A stretch of 64,000 nucleotides of DNA, from the IMG/VR virus record IMGVR_UViG_3300028833_000098, positions 32,001 to 96,000 of that record, one strand, 5' to 3'. The notes under the pieces were generated by a model that was not told the origin of the DNA, ran no database searches, and saw only the letters and a list, made by a program, of their open reading frames with translations. The DNA comes from a virus (Duplodnaviria > Caudoviricetes). Every line of letters starts with the position of its first letter. Position 1 is the stretch's first letter. A program made the translations under genes and the position numbers. This document shows positions 39,978 to 50,719 of this stretch, piece by piece.

Positions 39978-42900
39978 ATGGCTGACGAAAATATCATGCT
40001 TAATAACTATTCTGATGATAGTCAAATTAAGTCATTCATGATGAATGTATTGGCTCCAAGAGTATTCCATGATATACCAATAAATGTATTAAACTCGGGA
40101 ATGTTCTCTTTGACGTCTGAATACATTTCTCAAATTACAGAACAGCTTTCGTTTACTTCGTCATTCTATTTCAATGAAGGATTCATAACAAAGGCTGTAT
40201 TGCCCGATTCAATATATGCAGAAGCTGCTATATTTAACATCGGTTATTCATTCGCAACACCTGCATCAACAAACATTCTTCTTGAGTTGCGTATCAGTGA
40301 TATCTACAATAATGCAGTATTCAACGCAACAAATGGACTATATGAATTTATCCTCGATAAGAACACAAAGTTCAATCTTCCAGAAGGATATACATATTCT
40401 CTGGATTATGATATTCTTATTCAATATAAGGATAAAGAATCATCAAGTACAGCTTCTTCAATTCCTGCATGGAATGTACAATACACAAATATGGATGAAC
40501 CTAATGTATGTGCAACAAACAAGAGAACCTATATCACATACAGGGTTACTGATGTTTGGTTATGTCTGATGGTACAAGTAAATGAATATGAGCGTTCAAC
40601 ATATTCAGTTGTAAATACAATGACAAATGGTGTACCAAACGAGGATAAGGTCATATCTTGTCAAAACCATATTGCGGGTTTTGATGTTACCTATATCGAT
40701 GGAAACGGAAATAGAACCCCTCTACCAAGGAATCATATACTTGCTATACATGATACTGTACCTGATGGAGATCCATATGTTCATTACATAATGGACAACC
40801 AGCAGACAATCAGATTCTTATGGCAGTTTAATGGTTCAAGATACTTCATTCCTGAACCAAATTCGTCATTTGAGATTGTTGTTTATACGTGTCATGGTAA
40901 ATCAGCGAATGCACCAAACTACAAGAATGAAAAACAGCCTTCCGTAATTGCAGCTTCGAATAGATTTACCAATAATGCAAATGTAACAAAAGCTGCATTT
41001 GTCATAGGAGGATGTGTTGGTGGAACTGATATAGGTTCTGTCGAGTCAGTACGCAGAGATACAATTGAGGCTTATAATACAGCAAATGTTCTTTCAACCG
41101 ACCACGACCTTGATGAATGGTTTAAGACATTCTACTTTAAGAATGTTCTGTATCCATATTTCTTCAAGAGAAGAGACGATCCTTGGTGTAGAACATGGAG
41201 CGGTTATATTGCATTAAACGAAAATGACAATTATATCTACAAGACAAATACCCTGCATGCTCATCTCACATATAGAGAATTATATAATAATGCTGATAAC
41301 ACCGTATCTAAAAATGAAATAATCATTCCTCCAGGATGGGTTTGGGTATATACTGATGACACCTATAGTGAACGCGATAAATACGTGGTTGTTCCATATA
41401 CAAAGGCTGACGGAAAAACTATCGAGAATGCAAGAACACTTGCGACAATAAATGATGAGTTTGTTTTCGCAAATCCTTTCGGTATTCGTATACAGAAAGA
41501 TCCCTTTGCAATAGGATATTTTAATCCATGGGTAAATCAGTTCGTGACAGGTACAAGAATTACTAAGAATGAAGTAATCAATGTGAATGAAATAGATGAT
41601 AATGATGTTGCATTCAGCTATCATGCATCACACATTATTTCAAATATAGTAAGAACATACAAGGATGACTGCTATACTCTGACAACTCATATACTACCAA
41701 CAGTTCCAAGTGATTCATCAACAGGAAGTACAGAAGAACTGGTTAAGCATGTACGTGTAAATGTGATACCTCCACAGTTTACAGCGAAAATGTTTGAGTA
41801 TTTCCAAAATGTTCAAGACATATATGCTGAAACAATCCCAATGCTTGTAAGAACGAATGAAACTGATAGAATACCTTTCAATCCGGAAAGGACATATCTG
41901 TGTGCAACAAAGAATCAGGGTGTTCCGGAGAACGGTGATGATCCAAGAATCAATGCAAGTGATTGGATCCTTGGAAGAATATGGCTTGAGGACAATACGA
42001 ATTCTGATGGTAAAGTATATCAGCTTCCTATTACTGCATCTGGAATACAAACATTTGGTTCGGATGATATTTGGGGAGAAAATGGTATTGCTGAAGGTCA
42101 GGAAACAAGTGAGGATGTAACAATCACAATCGCACCTGGTTTGGAAGATGATTCACTGATATCATTTGAAAGAGTTGCCTCACAGAATTATTATGAGATG
42201 AGACTGAAAGAATCTTCATCACGTGGTTCTATAACAAAAATAACCGTTGGTGAAGTATCAGAAACAGACTTACAAAAGTTTGGTGAAAATAAACTCGTTC
42301 GTTTGGGAAAGAGTTATCAGCCAACGATATATATCAACGTATATTACAATATCACAAACAGTAGTGGTGATCCGGTAACAGAACATGTGTCTTATGCTAT
42401 ATCGAATGCTGCAAATATTTATTCCCCCGGCTACATAAGCACTTCACCAGATCCTTCAAATCCAACATATACTTGGGTAAGGAATGAAGAGGAAGGCGTT
42501 TATGAATGTGACTTTAATAATGTTGGCCCGACAGGAATAATTCTGTATGCTGATATGAAACCGGCACCTCAATCAGGATCATATTCATATTATCGTGTAA
42601 AGTTTTCTGATATTCCTGCAAACACACCTTTGTTCTATGTACACTCCGATGAATTCCCAATGGATGAAAACTACATGCGTGTCGTTGCACATGCTCTTGT
42701 GAACGGTTCTGAAACAGGATATGTTGAGATGCAACCTGTTAAACGTGAATCAGATGGTTCATATGAATATCAGGTTACAATGTATCCACTCAACGAACTC
42801 ATTGACATTGATAACAGAATCAACATTTCATCCGTATATAATGGCGGTGGTAGTTGGATACCTACAAACGTAGCAACAAGTGTATCATTAGATGCATCTG

Positions 42901-44123
42901 ATCCACAGATAAAGATATCAGTATTGATGAAAACCAAGAATCCTGATAGACCTTCGGAGGTATCTTCTGATAGTAACTTCGCAGGGTATAAGATCGTGGA
43001 CGAATATATGCTGGATGATCTTTCACTGGTTCAGGAGCTTAAAGAAATGCGCAGTGTTGTTAAGTTTGAAGATACAACAGAACCCACAGAAGATCAATAT
43101 CAATTGTACAAAGATTACATGGCATTGGTTGATGAGAATCCTTCGTCACCAACGAATCTCTTCTTCATGATTAAATATGCTTACAACAGAGCATATGATA
43201 AGATAATTGATCCCGAACCAGTTGTATCATTTGAGATATTTAAACAGGCTGCAAATGAGAATCTCATAAAGTTCTCGATGTTGTGTAAGAGATATGATGA
43301 GGTAATGTCTGACTTTGATCGTCCTAAATGGTTCTCCACATACATGGAACTTCTGCATACAATAACAGAAATGACATCATATACAGACGTCGAGGACTGG
43401 ATGGTCATGTACAATACATTGAACTCATATGTCATGAATGTAAATGCAACATTCGGCGATACAACTGTAAATGTCAACGGCGGTATAGAGATTCAGCTCG
43501 TACCATTCGTTGAATCATCTTTGATGACATCTGTTGATAATGATGGACGTTACAGATTTGCTGATTTTGTATCCGCATTTACTCAGGTACATAAAGCAAT
43601 CGAACCTGTTATATTCAAGAGACTTGATGGAAATCATTATCTTGATTGCAAGCTCATCGGCACATATGGTAAATCTCGTACATATGTATCTGATACAAGT
43701 CCCGACGAGTTCTGGCCAAGTTTAAATCTTCAGCTTGAATTCGATGTAAGGTTATTCAATAAGAGTCTGTCTACGAACACTATCAATGAACTCAGATTGA
43801 TCGTTAAATCATACTTCAATAGAATTACAACAGTTCATTCTCCAAATAGAGATACCAATATGGATAACAACATCTACATTTCACATCTCATTCAACAGAT
43901 GGAAGCACATGATAATGTAGCATGGATGAAGTTCAAAGGTTGGTATACTAACAAGAAGGATGATACATCATACTACAAAGATGCTAATACGCAGGCCATA
44001 GAACTTAAATGGAATCAGCTTGAAGAAATGGGTAGATATGAAAATGGTGAATCTCGTTTAGAGAACTTTACACCAGAGATGTTTATCCTTGAAGATGATA
44101 ACATTGTGATCAATATTGTATAA
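39978..44123 (+). CDS. baseplate wedge protein (T4 gp6-like)
   Basis: N-terminal NEGFITKAVLPDSIY, VYTCHGKSAN and GGTDIGSVESVRR match the gp6/baseplate-J pattern. Confidence 0.65.
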   Translation: MADENIMLNNYSDDSQIKSFMMNVLAPRVFHDIPINVLNSGMFSLTSEYISQITEQLSFTSSFYFNEGFITKAVLPDSIYAEAAIFNIGYSFATPASTNILLELRISDIYNNAVFNATNGLYEFILDKNTKFNLPEGYTYSLDYDILIQYKDKESSSTASSIPAWNVQYTNMDEPNVCATNKRTYITYRVTDVWLCLMVQVNEYERSTYSVVNTMTNGVPNEDKVISCQNHIAGFDVTYIDGNGNRTPLPRNHILAIHDTVPDGDPYVHYIMDNQQTIRFLWQFNGSRYFIPEPNSSFEIVVYTCHGKSANAPNYKNEKQPSVIAASNRFTNNANVTKAAFVIGGCVGGTDIGSVESVRRDTIEAYNTANVLSTDHDLDEWFKTFYFKNVLYPYFFKRRDDPWCRTWSGYIALNENDNYIYKTNTLHAHLTYRELYNNADNTVSKNEIIIPPGWVWVYTDDTYSERDKYVVVPYTKADGKTIENARTLATINDEFVFANPFGIRIQKDPFAIGYFNPWVNQFVTGTRITKNEVINVNEIDDNDVAFSYHASHIISNIVRTYKDDCYTLTTHILPTVPSDSSTGSTEELVKHVRVNVIPPQFTAKMFEYFQNVQDIYAETIPMLVRTNETDRIPFNPERTYLCATKNQGVPENGDDPRINASDWILGRIWLEDNTNSDGKVYQLPITASGIQTFGSDDIWGENGIAEGQETSEDVTITIAPGLEDDSLISFERVASQNYYEMRLKESSSRGSITKITVGEVSETDLQKFGENKLVRLGKSYQPTIYINVYYNITNSSGDPVTEHVSYAISNAANIYSPGYISTSPDPSNPTYTWVRNEEEGVYECDFNNVGPTGIILYADMKPAPQSGSYSYYRVKFSDIPANTPLFYVHSDEFPMDENYMRVVAHALVNGSETGYVEMQPVKRESDGSYEYQVTMYPLNELIDIDNRINISSVYNGGGSWIPTNVATSVSLDASDPQIKISVLMKTKNPDRPSEVSSDSNFAGYKIVDEYMLDDLSLVQELKEMRSVVKFEDTTEPTEDQYQLYKDYMALVDENPSSPTNLFFMIKYAYNRAYDKIIDPEPVVSFEIFKQAANENLIKFSMLCKRYDEVMSDFDRPKWFSTYMELLHTITEMTSYTDVEDWMVMYNTLNSYVMNVNATFGDTTVNVNGGIEIQLVPFVESSLMTSVDNDGRYRFADFVSAFTQVHKAIEPVIFKRLDGNHYLDCKLIGTYGKSRTYVSDTSPDEFWPSLNLQLEFDVRLFNKSLSTNTINELRLIVKSYFNRITTVHSPNRDTNMDNNIYISHLIQQMEAHDNVAWMKFKGWYTNKKDDTSYYKDANTQAIELKWNQLEEMGRYENGESRLENFTPEMFILEDDNIVINIV

Positions 44124-44125
44124 AA

Positions 44126-44152
44126 TATATGGGGGCTTTACGCCCCCATATA
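44126..44152. terminator. bidirectional terminator
   Basis: TATATGGGGGC-tttac-GCCCCCATATA between convergent genes. Confidence 0.8.
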
Positions 44153-44160
44153 ATTCTTTG

Positions 44161-47100
44161 TTATTCTTCAGGTGGATACCATTTTTCAGCATCATTAATA
44201 TATTTAAGAGTAATATTGTTGATGCCATAGATTCGTTTTGGATTGTTATATGCTTGGATTGTTGTAGTTGTTCCGGCCATTTTGTGTTGTATGAGTGAGT
44301 TTGGATCAACGAACCTATGCATATTGGCTGTATCAACCACAAAGTCGTTATTACTATTATAATGATACGTATTGGTGTAATCAGAGATAACGACTTTTCC
44401 CTTGTACGTACATAATGTTCTATATGACGTGCTGGTAAGATAATAGCTACCTGACGTTACGTATGGCACAGTTGCTGGAATTGCGGCGGACGATATATTG
44501 ACACTTGTAGGACCACGTCTTGTATCACGGATTAAGTTCAAATCCATGAATAGACAATTGTTATACGCATTAAAATAATTGGTGTTTATACAAAGAAGTC
44601 TTTGCTTATTATCGTTAAATGATAATACCGTCGCAGATACTGTATTACCAGAATAATTACTATTGTGCGGAAGTCCACCAATTGTTCCGGTAATATTGAT
44701 GATGGATGATATGTTTGAATCGTCTATGTAATATATACTACAACTATAGCTAGTTCGATGTGAAAATATTATACATGATTGATCACCATAGATGTGGGGA
44801 TTAATTAACCTATTCCATCTATACGTCGTATCACTATTTACGTCGGATCCAGGTGCGATGAATTTACACATATCAGAACTCCATCCAGGACTAAATGCTC
44901 TATTGTCAGCAGGTCTCGTTGGATCATATATCATACATTGCCATTCACCATCCCATGACGACGTTGTAGGTCCTGTTATGAATAAATATCCCTTCCAACC
45001 AACTATGTAGTCTATATAACCCGAATTTGCATTCCATATGTTTTTTGGTAAAGTGAATCTGTCAACTACTGAACCATCATCAAGACTGAATATCGTAAAC
45101 ACGTAATCTGTTTCAGTTGATAATTTATAATCAATCATAACAGCATTGTTTGTATATTTTATTGCATATACGTTAGAAGTGTTCGGTTCACTTGTCCATG
45201 GATAGTTTATTGCTTCAGCGTAAGGTTCATAATCAGGAGCTCTACCGTTTAGATTTATGACACATGCTTTAGATGGGCTTGAGAATATAACATAACCTGT
45301 TTCTGTAGAAGTTATTCGGAAATTTGTTCCGCTGTCATATTGAATATTGTCTGGGAACGTAGAGCTGACATCAACAATGTATTCTGTCGGAGTCAATGTT
45401 GGATCTTGTTCCAATTCACTTGCAGATGGTATATCAAATACTGATACCTTTGATAGTTGCGGTGTAAAATAGCTACCGTTATTACTGGATCTGAATACTT
45501 GTAGTATTCTATGTCCTGTTGGTTCGGTGAATCTTAACGTTGGTACTGGTTCTTTACAGTTTCCTATACCACCTGATGTCACTATATCAAATGACATACC
45601 CAGATCGGGATAGTATATCTTATTTGACATATATATGTATCCCATTTCATCATTTGATAAGTGGACTCGCTTTCCACACGTACCATAAAAAGTCATCATT
45701 ATTGCGTTGCCCCATGTAAAAGAGCCAGCATCACCATTGCTATATGGATCTATATTCGATAATGTCACAGGTTGTTCGATTTGTATCGTTGGTATCGTAT
45801 AACCAGAACGCGTAACCAACATTGGTGCTTTATATTCTAGATTAGCTGATGGACCAGCTGTTGGTGATATACCGGATGAACCATCATATCGTATATAATA
45901 TTTCTTCGTTCCTTGAGATACTGACACGTTTTTATTATCAGGAATATATTCCCATGATGTTGTATCCCAATATGTGTCAGTACAGAAAATAGCAGCTGTT
46001 GTATCAAAAGATGTAATAGGGTATGCCGTGTATAGATTTGCATATATTCTGTCGAATTGTCTACCCCATTCGATACCGTCGGCAGTCTTGTATTTTCCGT
46101 ACATATATATTCCACACCAAGGATACAGCTGGAACATTGTTAGGTTGGTTGTGTTGTTTCCATTCGTTAATGTTTCTTCAATATCCCAATCATGTGTTAA
46201 ACCATTATATGATTTTACATATGAGACATTCATATTTGCAACAGGAAGAGTTCCTCGTGCATCAAATTTTGAGTTTTGAACATATCCAAAATTAACAGAA
46301 ACATCACCGGAAGCGATACTCCTGCAATACACACAATCATGTTCTATTGATTCAGGAGAAGGTAGTTCGATTGGTTTGAATATTGCACCCTGAGAACAAT
46401 AACTCATACTAGCAGATGTCGTATAGTATGAATTCAGAAATACTGCAACGAACATATCATAGTATTTATCTTTTGATTCAATAAGCGAGTTCACATCAGT
46501 GAATGCAATGCTTCGTGTTGAGATTTGATTGGTGTCATCCCATGTACCATCTAAACAAGATGCGACCTTCTTACATATGAGACTCGCTCTACTTGATGTA
46601 TCATCGTCATAATAATTTATCCTATTTCCAGTACCTCCATAATTTATGTATCTCGGTGATGATATCATTCCTGAACATACTGCATTTACTTGACCTGATG
46701 CATAATGCCAATCGCCACCGTTTGATTCACCAAATCCTATACATGCCCAAGGATTCCACATAAATGCATATCCTTTGTTCCACATTCTCGTTTCAAGTTC
46801 AGGCTTATGGAAAATGCGTACATATGCAGTGACTATGAGCTTTTCACCAGTATGTTTTGTAAATGTCGTTCGGTGACCTTCATTATCATATAACAACGCA
46901 TGTGTATAAAGGTATCGGTAATCACGATATACATTACCGAGACCGATTTCGGTGATATCGAGATCGCCAGATATACCCGATAAAACATAATCAAAATAAC
47001 CTTCGTATACTTTACAATTGGCCCATAGAACCCCATTATCAGGATCCCAATTAACCGTAGAGCCATCAATACGAGTCATATCAGAAAGTGTAAATGTTGC

Positions 47101-47421
47101 CATACCGGTGTATGTTTGTGCCCTCATGCCAGTATCTGTTGTTGATACATCTTCTGAATCGGCGTATACACCATTTCCAATGATGCACATATTTATGTGC
47201 TGATAGTTAGGTATTGAAGATCCTGTTGAAAATCTTGCACGAAAATACTCTTTTAGAGTAACATTCAATGCAAAAGCTTCGCCAGTTACATTACCATCTT
47301 TATCAACAGTCTTCAAGAAATAGACATTGTGATTGTCTATTCGTTTAGTATCACCATGAACACTTTTCCACTTTCTGTAGAATTCATTTAACTCATCCGG
47401 ACACATGTAATTCATTGTCAC
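44161..47421 (-). CDS. tail/receptor-binding protein (paralog A)
   Basis: Beta-rich and Y/W/N/S-rich. N- and C-termini are homologous to 47978..50719. Confidence 0.6.
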   Translation of the reverse strand: MTMNYMCPDELNEFYRKWKSVHGDTKRIDNHNVYFLKTVDKDGNVTGEAFALNVTLKEYFRARFSTGSSIPNYQHINMCIIGNGVYADSEDVSTTDTGMRAQTYTGMATFTLSDMTRIDGSTVNWDPDNGVLWANCKVYEGYFDYVLSGISGDLDITEIGLGNVYRDYRYLYTHALLYDNEGHRTTFTKHTGEKLIVTAYVRIFHKPELETRMWNKGYAFMWNPWACIGFGESNGGDWHYASGQVNAVCSGMISSPRYINYGGTGNRINYYDDDTSSRASLICKKVASCLDGTWDDTNQISTRSIAFTDVNSLIESKDKYYDMFVAVFLNSYYTTSASMSYCSQGAIFKPIELPSPESIEHDCVYCRSIASGDVSVNFGYVQNSKFDARGTLPVANMNVSYVKSYNGLTHDWDIEETLTNGNNTTNLTMFQLYPWCGIYMYGKYKTADGIEWGRQFDRIYANLYTAYPITSFDTTAAIFCTDTYWDTTSWEYIPDNKNVSVSQGTKKYYIRYDGSSGISPTAGPSANLEYKAPMLVTRSGYTIPTIQIEQPVTLSNIDPYSNGDAGSFTWGNAIMMTFYGTCGKRVHLSNDEMGYIYMSNKIYYPDLGMSFDIVTSGGIGNCKEPVPTLRFTEPTGHRILQVFRSSNNGSYFTPQLSKVSVFDIPSASELEQDPTLTPTEYIVDVSSTFPDNIQYDSGTNFRITSTETGYVIFSSPSKACVINLNGRAPDYEPYAEAINYPWTSEPNTSNVYAIKYTNNAVMIDYKLSTETDYVFTIFSLDDGSVVDRFTLPKNIWNANSGYIDYIVGWKGYLFITGPTTSSWDGEWQCMIYDPTRPADNRAFSPGWSSDMCKFIAPGSDVNSDTTYRWNRLINPHIYGDQSCIIFSHRTSYSCSIYYIDDSNISSIINITGTIGGLPHNSNYSGNTVSATVLSFNDNKQRLLCINTNYFNAYNNCLFMDLNLIRDTRRGPTSVNISSAAIPATVPYVTSGSYYLTSTSYRTLCTYKGKVVISDYTNTYHYNSNNDFVVDTANMHRFVDPNSLIQHKMAGTTTTIQAYNNPKRIYGINNITLKYINDAEKWYPPEE

Positions 47422-47430
47422 ATACCTCCT

Positions 47431-47973
47431 TTATATATTCATAATTGTTGCTGCCCCAGCAGATAATTCCACTATACGCAATGTTGATTCAGGTTGACTT
47501 CCACCAACAATTGCCGATTTATATGATATCTCAAAATCTGAATCTATGGTAAAATCATACAAGTGCTGACCAGCTTTATCGACTTGGGGAGTAAGTTGTT
47601 CTGTGGTATAAGATTCTATATTGAACGTTGGATCCATATAAATGTCGTATAGATGATGTGTGGTATGATCAGTCTGTGGTGTCATATTAGCAGTAGTATA
47701 ATTATCAATCCTGAATGTAGAATCAACGGATACATCATATAGATGATGGGTTGTCTTAATATCCGTTGTAGTAACATATCTTTCAACCCAGTCTTCAACC
47801 GTTGATTTGTTGGTGGTGATGCTTAAAAGATTGAGAGATGGGTCTGTGTATATCGGCGGTTTGTATTCGCCTGTTACATAAACTCCTCTAACAGGTACCA
47901 AAGATGAATTACCTGAAGTATCACGTGGCAGTTTATGATATATTTCCTTTGCATTCGATATTGTTCCTGACAT
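47431..47973 (-). CDS. tail-associated protein with three HLYD repeats
   Basis: TTHHLYDVSVDSTFRI / TTHHLYDIYMDPTFNI / AGQHLYDFTIDSDFEI. Confidence 0.6.
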   Translation of the reverse strand: MSGTISNAKEIYHKLPRDTSGNSSLVPVRGVYVTGEYKPPIYTDPSLNLLSITTNKSTVEDWVERYVTTTDIKTTHHLYDVSVDSTFRIDNYTTANMTPQTDHTTHHLYDIYMDPTFNIESYTTEQLTPQVDKAGQHLYDFTIDSDFEISYKSAIVGGSQPESTLRIVELSAGAATIMNI

Positions 47974-47977
47974 ATCA

Positions 47978-50719
47978 TCAACTCCAACCTATGATTTGTC
48001 CATTTGCGTTTAATATGGGTGCTGGATGTCCGGGTGGTTTTCCATTGTTTATATCATATCCCCATAACGGATTATTTGTAAAACTTACATTGAATGCTTT
48101 ATTGGATATGCTCTTTGTATGATTGAATGTTGTGATTGTTTTTGTTTTACCTTTGACAGTTATAGGTATACTATTAACTGCCGGGAAAAGATATTGCCCA
48201 TTACTATAAAACAAATATTCACCGTACAAATACATTCCAAGACCTGCTGTGATAGATGCATTAATAAACCTTTTGTAGACTGTATTGGTTCTAATGTATC
48301 TACCGAGATCACATATATACATTGCACCATATTGCCTATAATAAAGACCAGCCATATTTATTACAGCAACCAGTGTGTGACCATTGAGATACTTTATTTC
48401 ACAATTGAATATTCCCAAATCTATAATACTTGGATTTGAATCGAACGGTGACATGTTTCGAATATTTGTAGGGTTGTCATGTGTGATATAAAATACATGT
48501 GACATGGTTTTATCATTCGATCTTGAGTCATAAACCATGATAACATCGTTCACATATGATGCTTTTATCCTGTATGAATCTGCTAGGCTTGTAATATACA
48601 TCGAATTACATGAATCCAATGTATATGATGAATTTGATATATCAACATGATATGCAGCAGTATTACCATCATAAAACCATAGATGATCAGCATTGCCGAA
48701 CATTGCGGCAACCGTGTATCCCGATGGAAGAGTGATAGTTCCTATATCAGCTGCATATGTTGTGTCATATAAGTGAATAGTGGATCTATCCGTTGCAGTA
48801 ATATAAGCTATCTTTGTTGTACCATGTAAACAACATGCACGTACCCATGGATGTGTCTCAACCGATATTGTTGAGTCAGTTACTTTCATTATTACCGTTT
48901 CCTTAACGGACGTATTCAATGATTGGAATGTAAACAAACCATTTCCATTGGTTGATCTATATATTTGATTATATGAATTTACATTACCGGAGAAACCGAG
49001 AGACTTTTTAACCGATAAAACTGATATATCAGGAGTATTATCATTAAGACCACTGACATCTATAGTATATATAGTGCCATCGTTTGAAGTGTCGAACAAG
49101 AATAACCATTTTCCATATGACATCAAATCGATATCGTAGAAAGATGTATCAGAAGGTATGTTATATGATCTTTGTCTATTAAGAGCACATATCTGTCGTC
49201 CTACCGTTATACAGTTATAACCCGTATTAGTAGCGCTTTGATATATGCTACCTTTGTTGAGGTTGAATACCGATGCAGGGAATGTTTGATATCCATTCGT
49301 ACCACCAGGAGAATCGAGTAATACAAATGGTGTAGTTGAACGAGTTGGGATGATACTTAATGCATTTGATGAAGAAATCCAATAACGACAATTTCTTGCT
49401 TCAACCGGGATGTTATTGAAATTGGTTATTGTTATCCACGTATCCTGGTCCCAATACTTATCACAAGCAATCAACATTTCATGACCTTGATTAACACTCA
49501 ATATTGGATTTGTTGTATCAATGTTTTGATACAAATATGCAGTCTGTATTTGTCCATTTGACCAGTAGTACATCGTTTTGTAATAACCCGTCTCCAATCC
49601 GACATTCGTATATGACATATTGTCATCGTTTGAAAATGGACAAGGATTATCCCATTCGCCTGTATGATAATTGAAGGTGTAAACCTCCAGATCAGTCATC
49701 GATGAGAATGGCGGATATTGATTTGCATTATATGTGCTTGCATCAGTTATGTTTTTACCGATCTTATCAGAGAATCCAGATGATTTTGTCATATCATCTG
49801 ATGTGAAAGCCGTTAATACAAAAGACTCTGGTTGAGACAATGTTTCGGGAGATATAATTGAAATACTAAGTGAATCATAAATGAAACCATCAATGTATCC
49901 ATGTTCAGAACCTTCTTGATTCCATAATGTGAATGAACCACTCGTTGTTGTATTAACGATATTAGTACCTGATGTATCATCCCATGTATGTTGAACACCG
50001 GTATTACGAACAACACGAACATTTCCTCGTTTATATGTCATGAGATTTGTTTCGAACATTCGATTGAACATTATTGCCGGTGTGGTTATTATTGGAAAAA
50101 CGTTATTACTCCAAGAATTCATTATGACATGTTCATATAATGATAAGCACATATAAATGTATATCGTGAGTTTCTCATTTTTCTTTTTGGTTATTTGAGA
50201 CATTTCTCCACGATCGTTATATATGTGAGAATGTGTCCATAAACTGTTATGGTTGGTACCTATACCATATTCGGTTATTAGTGTATCGGTGTCATAGTTT
50301 GAAATATTGGTAGGATATGACACCTTACCAAAACTTGATACAAGTGTGATGATTCCCGTATCAGCTTGTAGACCTTTTGAATATATAATCGGAAATTGAT
50401 AATCCTTGGTTGTTGTTTCGTTGGTGGCCGCAAGGCCACCAAACAATGGTGTTTCAATATACGATGTCGTTTTATCAAATTGAGAAACACCGCTTCCAAC
50501 GTAAAGATGAACTGTATCGGATAATTCAAAAGAACTTCCGGATTTATATATTGCATTAAAACCTGTATTTGTCATCAGATTCATTCCATATTTAACATCA
50601 GTAACATTACCATGTTCATCTGTTGATTCGAAAATGTAGATATTTGAAATACCATGATTTTTTGATTTCATTGTATTTGCAAATTTCTGAATCATTTCGA
50701 ATTGTTTGTTTTTATCCAT
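47978..50719 (-). CDS. tail/receptor-binding protein (paralog B)
   Basis: Homologous to 44161..47421, with a beta-propeller-like C-half. Confidence 0.6.
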   Translation of the reverse strand: MDKNKQFEMIQKFANTMKSKNHGISNIYIFESTDEHGNVTDVKYGMNLMTNTGFNAIYKSGSSFELSDTVHLYVGSGVSQFDKTTSYIETPLFGGLAATNETTTKDYQFPIIYSKGLQADTGIITLVSSFGKVSYPTNISNYDTDTLITEYGIGTNHNSLWTHSHIYNDRGEMSQITKKKNEKLTIYIYMCLSLYEHVIMNSWSNNVFPIITTPAIMFNRMFETNLMTYKRGNVRVVRNTGVQHTWDDTSGTNIVNTTTSGSFTLWNQEGSEHGYIDGFIYDSLSISIISPETLSQPESFVLTAFTSDDMTKSSGFSDKIGKNITDASTYNANQYPPFSSMTDLEVYTFNYHTGEWDNPCPFSNDDNMSYTNVGLETGYYKTMYYWSNGQIQTAYLYQNIDTTNPILSVNQGHEMLIACDKYWDQDTWITITNFNNIPVEARNCRYWISSSNALSIIPTRSTTPFVLLDSPGGTNGYQTFPASVFNLNKGSIYQSATNTGYNCITVGRQICALNRQRSYNIPSDTSFYDIDLMSYGKWLFLFDTSNDGTIYTIDVSGLNDNTPDISVLSVKKSLGFSGNVNSYNQIYRSTNGNGLFTFQSLNTSVKETVIMKVTDSTISVETHPWVRACCLHGTTKIAYITATDRSTIHLYDTTYAADIGTITLPSGYTVAAMFGNADHLWFYDGNTAAYHVDISNSSYTLDSCNSMYITSLADSYRIKASYVNDVIMVYDSRSNDKTMSHVFYITHDNPTNIRNMSPFDSNPSIIDLGIFNCEIKYLNGHTLVAVINMAGLYYRQYGAMYICDLGRYIRTNTVYKRFINASITAGLGMYLYGEYLFYSNGQYLFPAVNSIPITVKGKTKTITTFNHTKSISNKAFNVSFTNNPLWGYDINNGKPPGHPAPILNANGQIIGWS

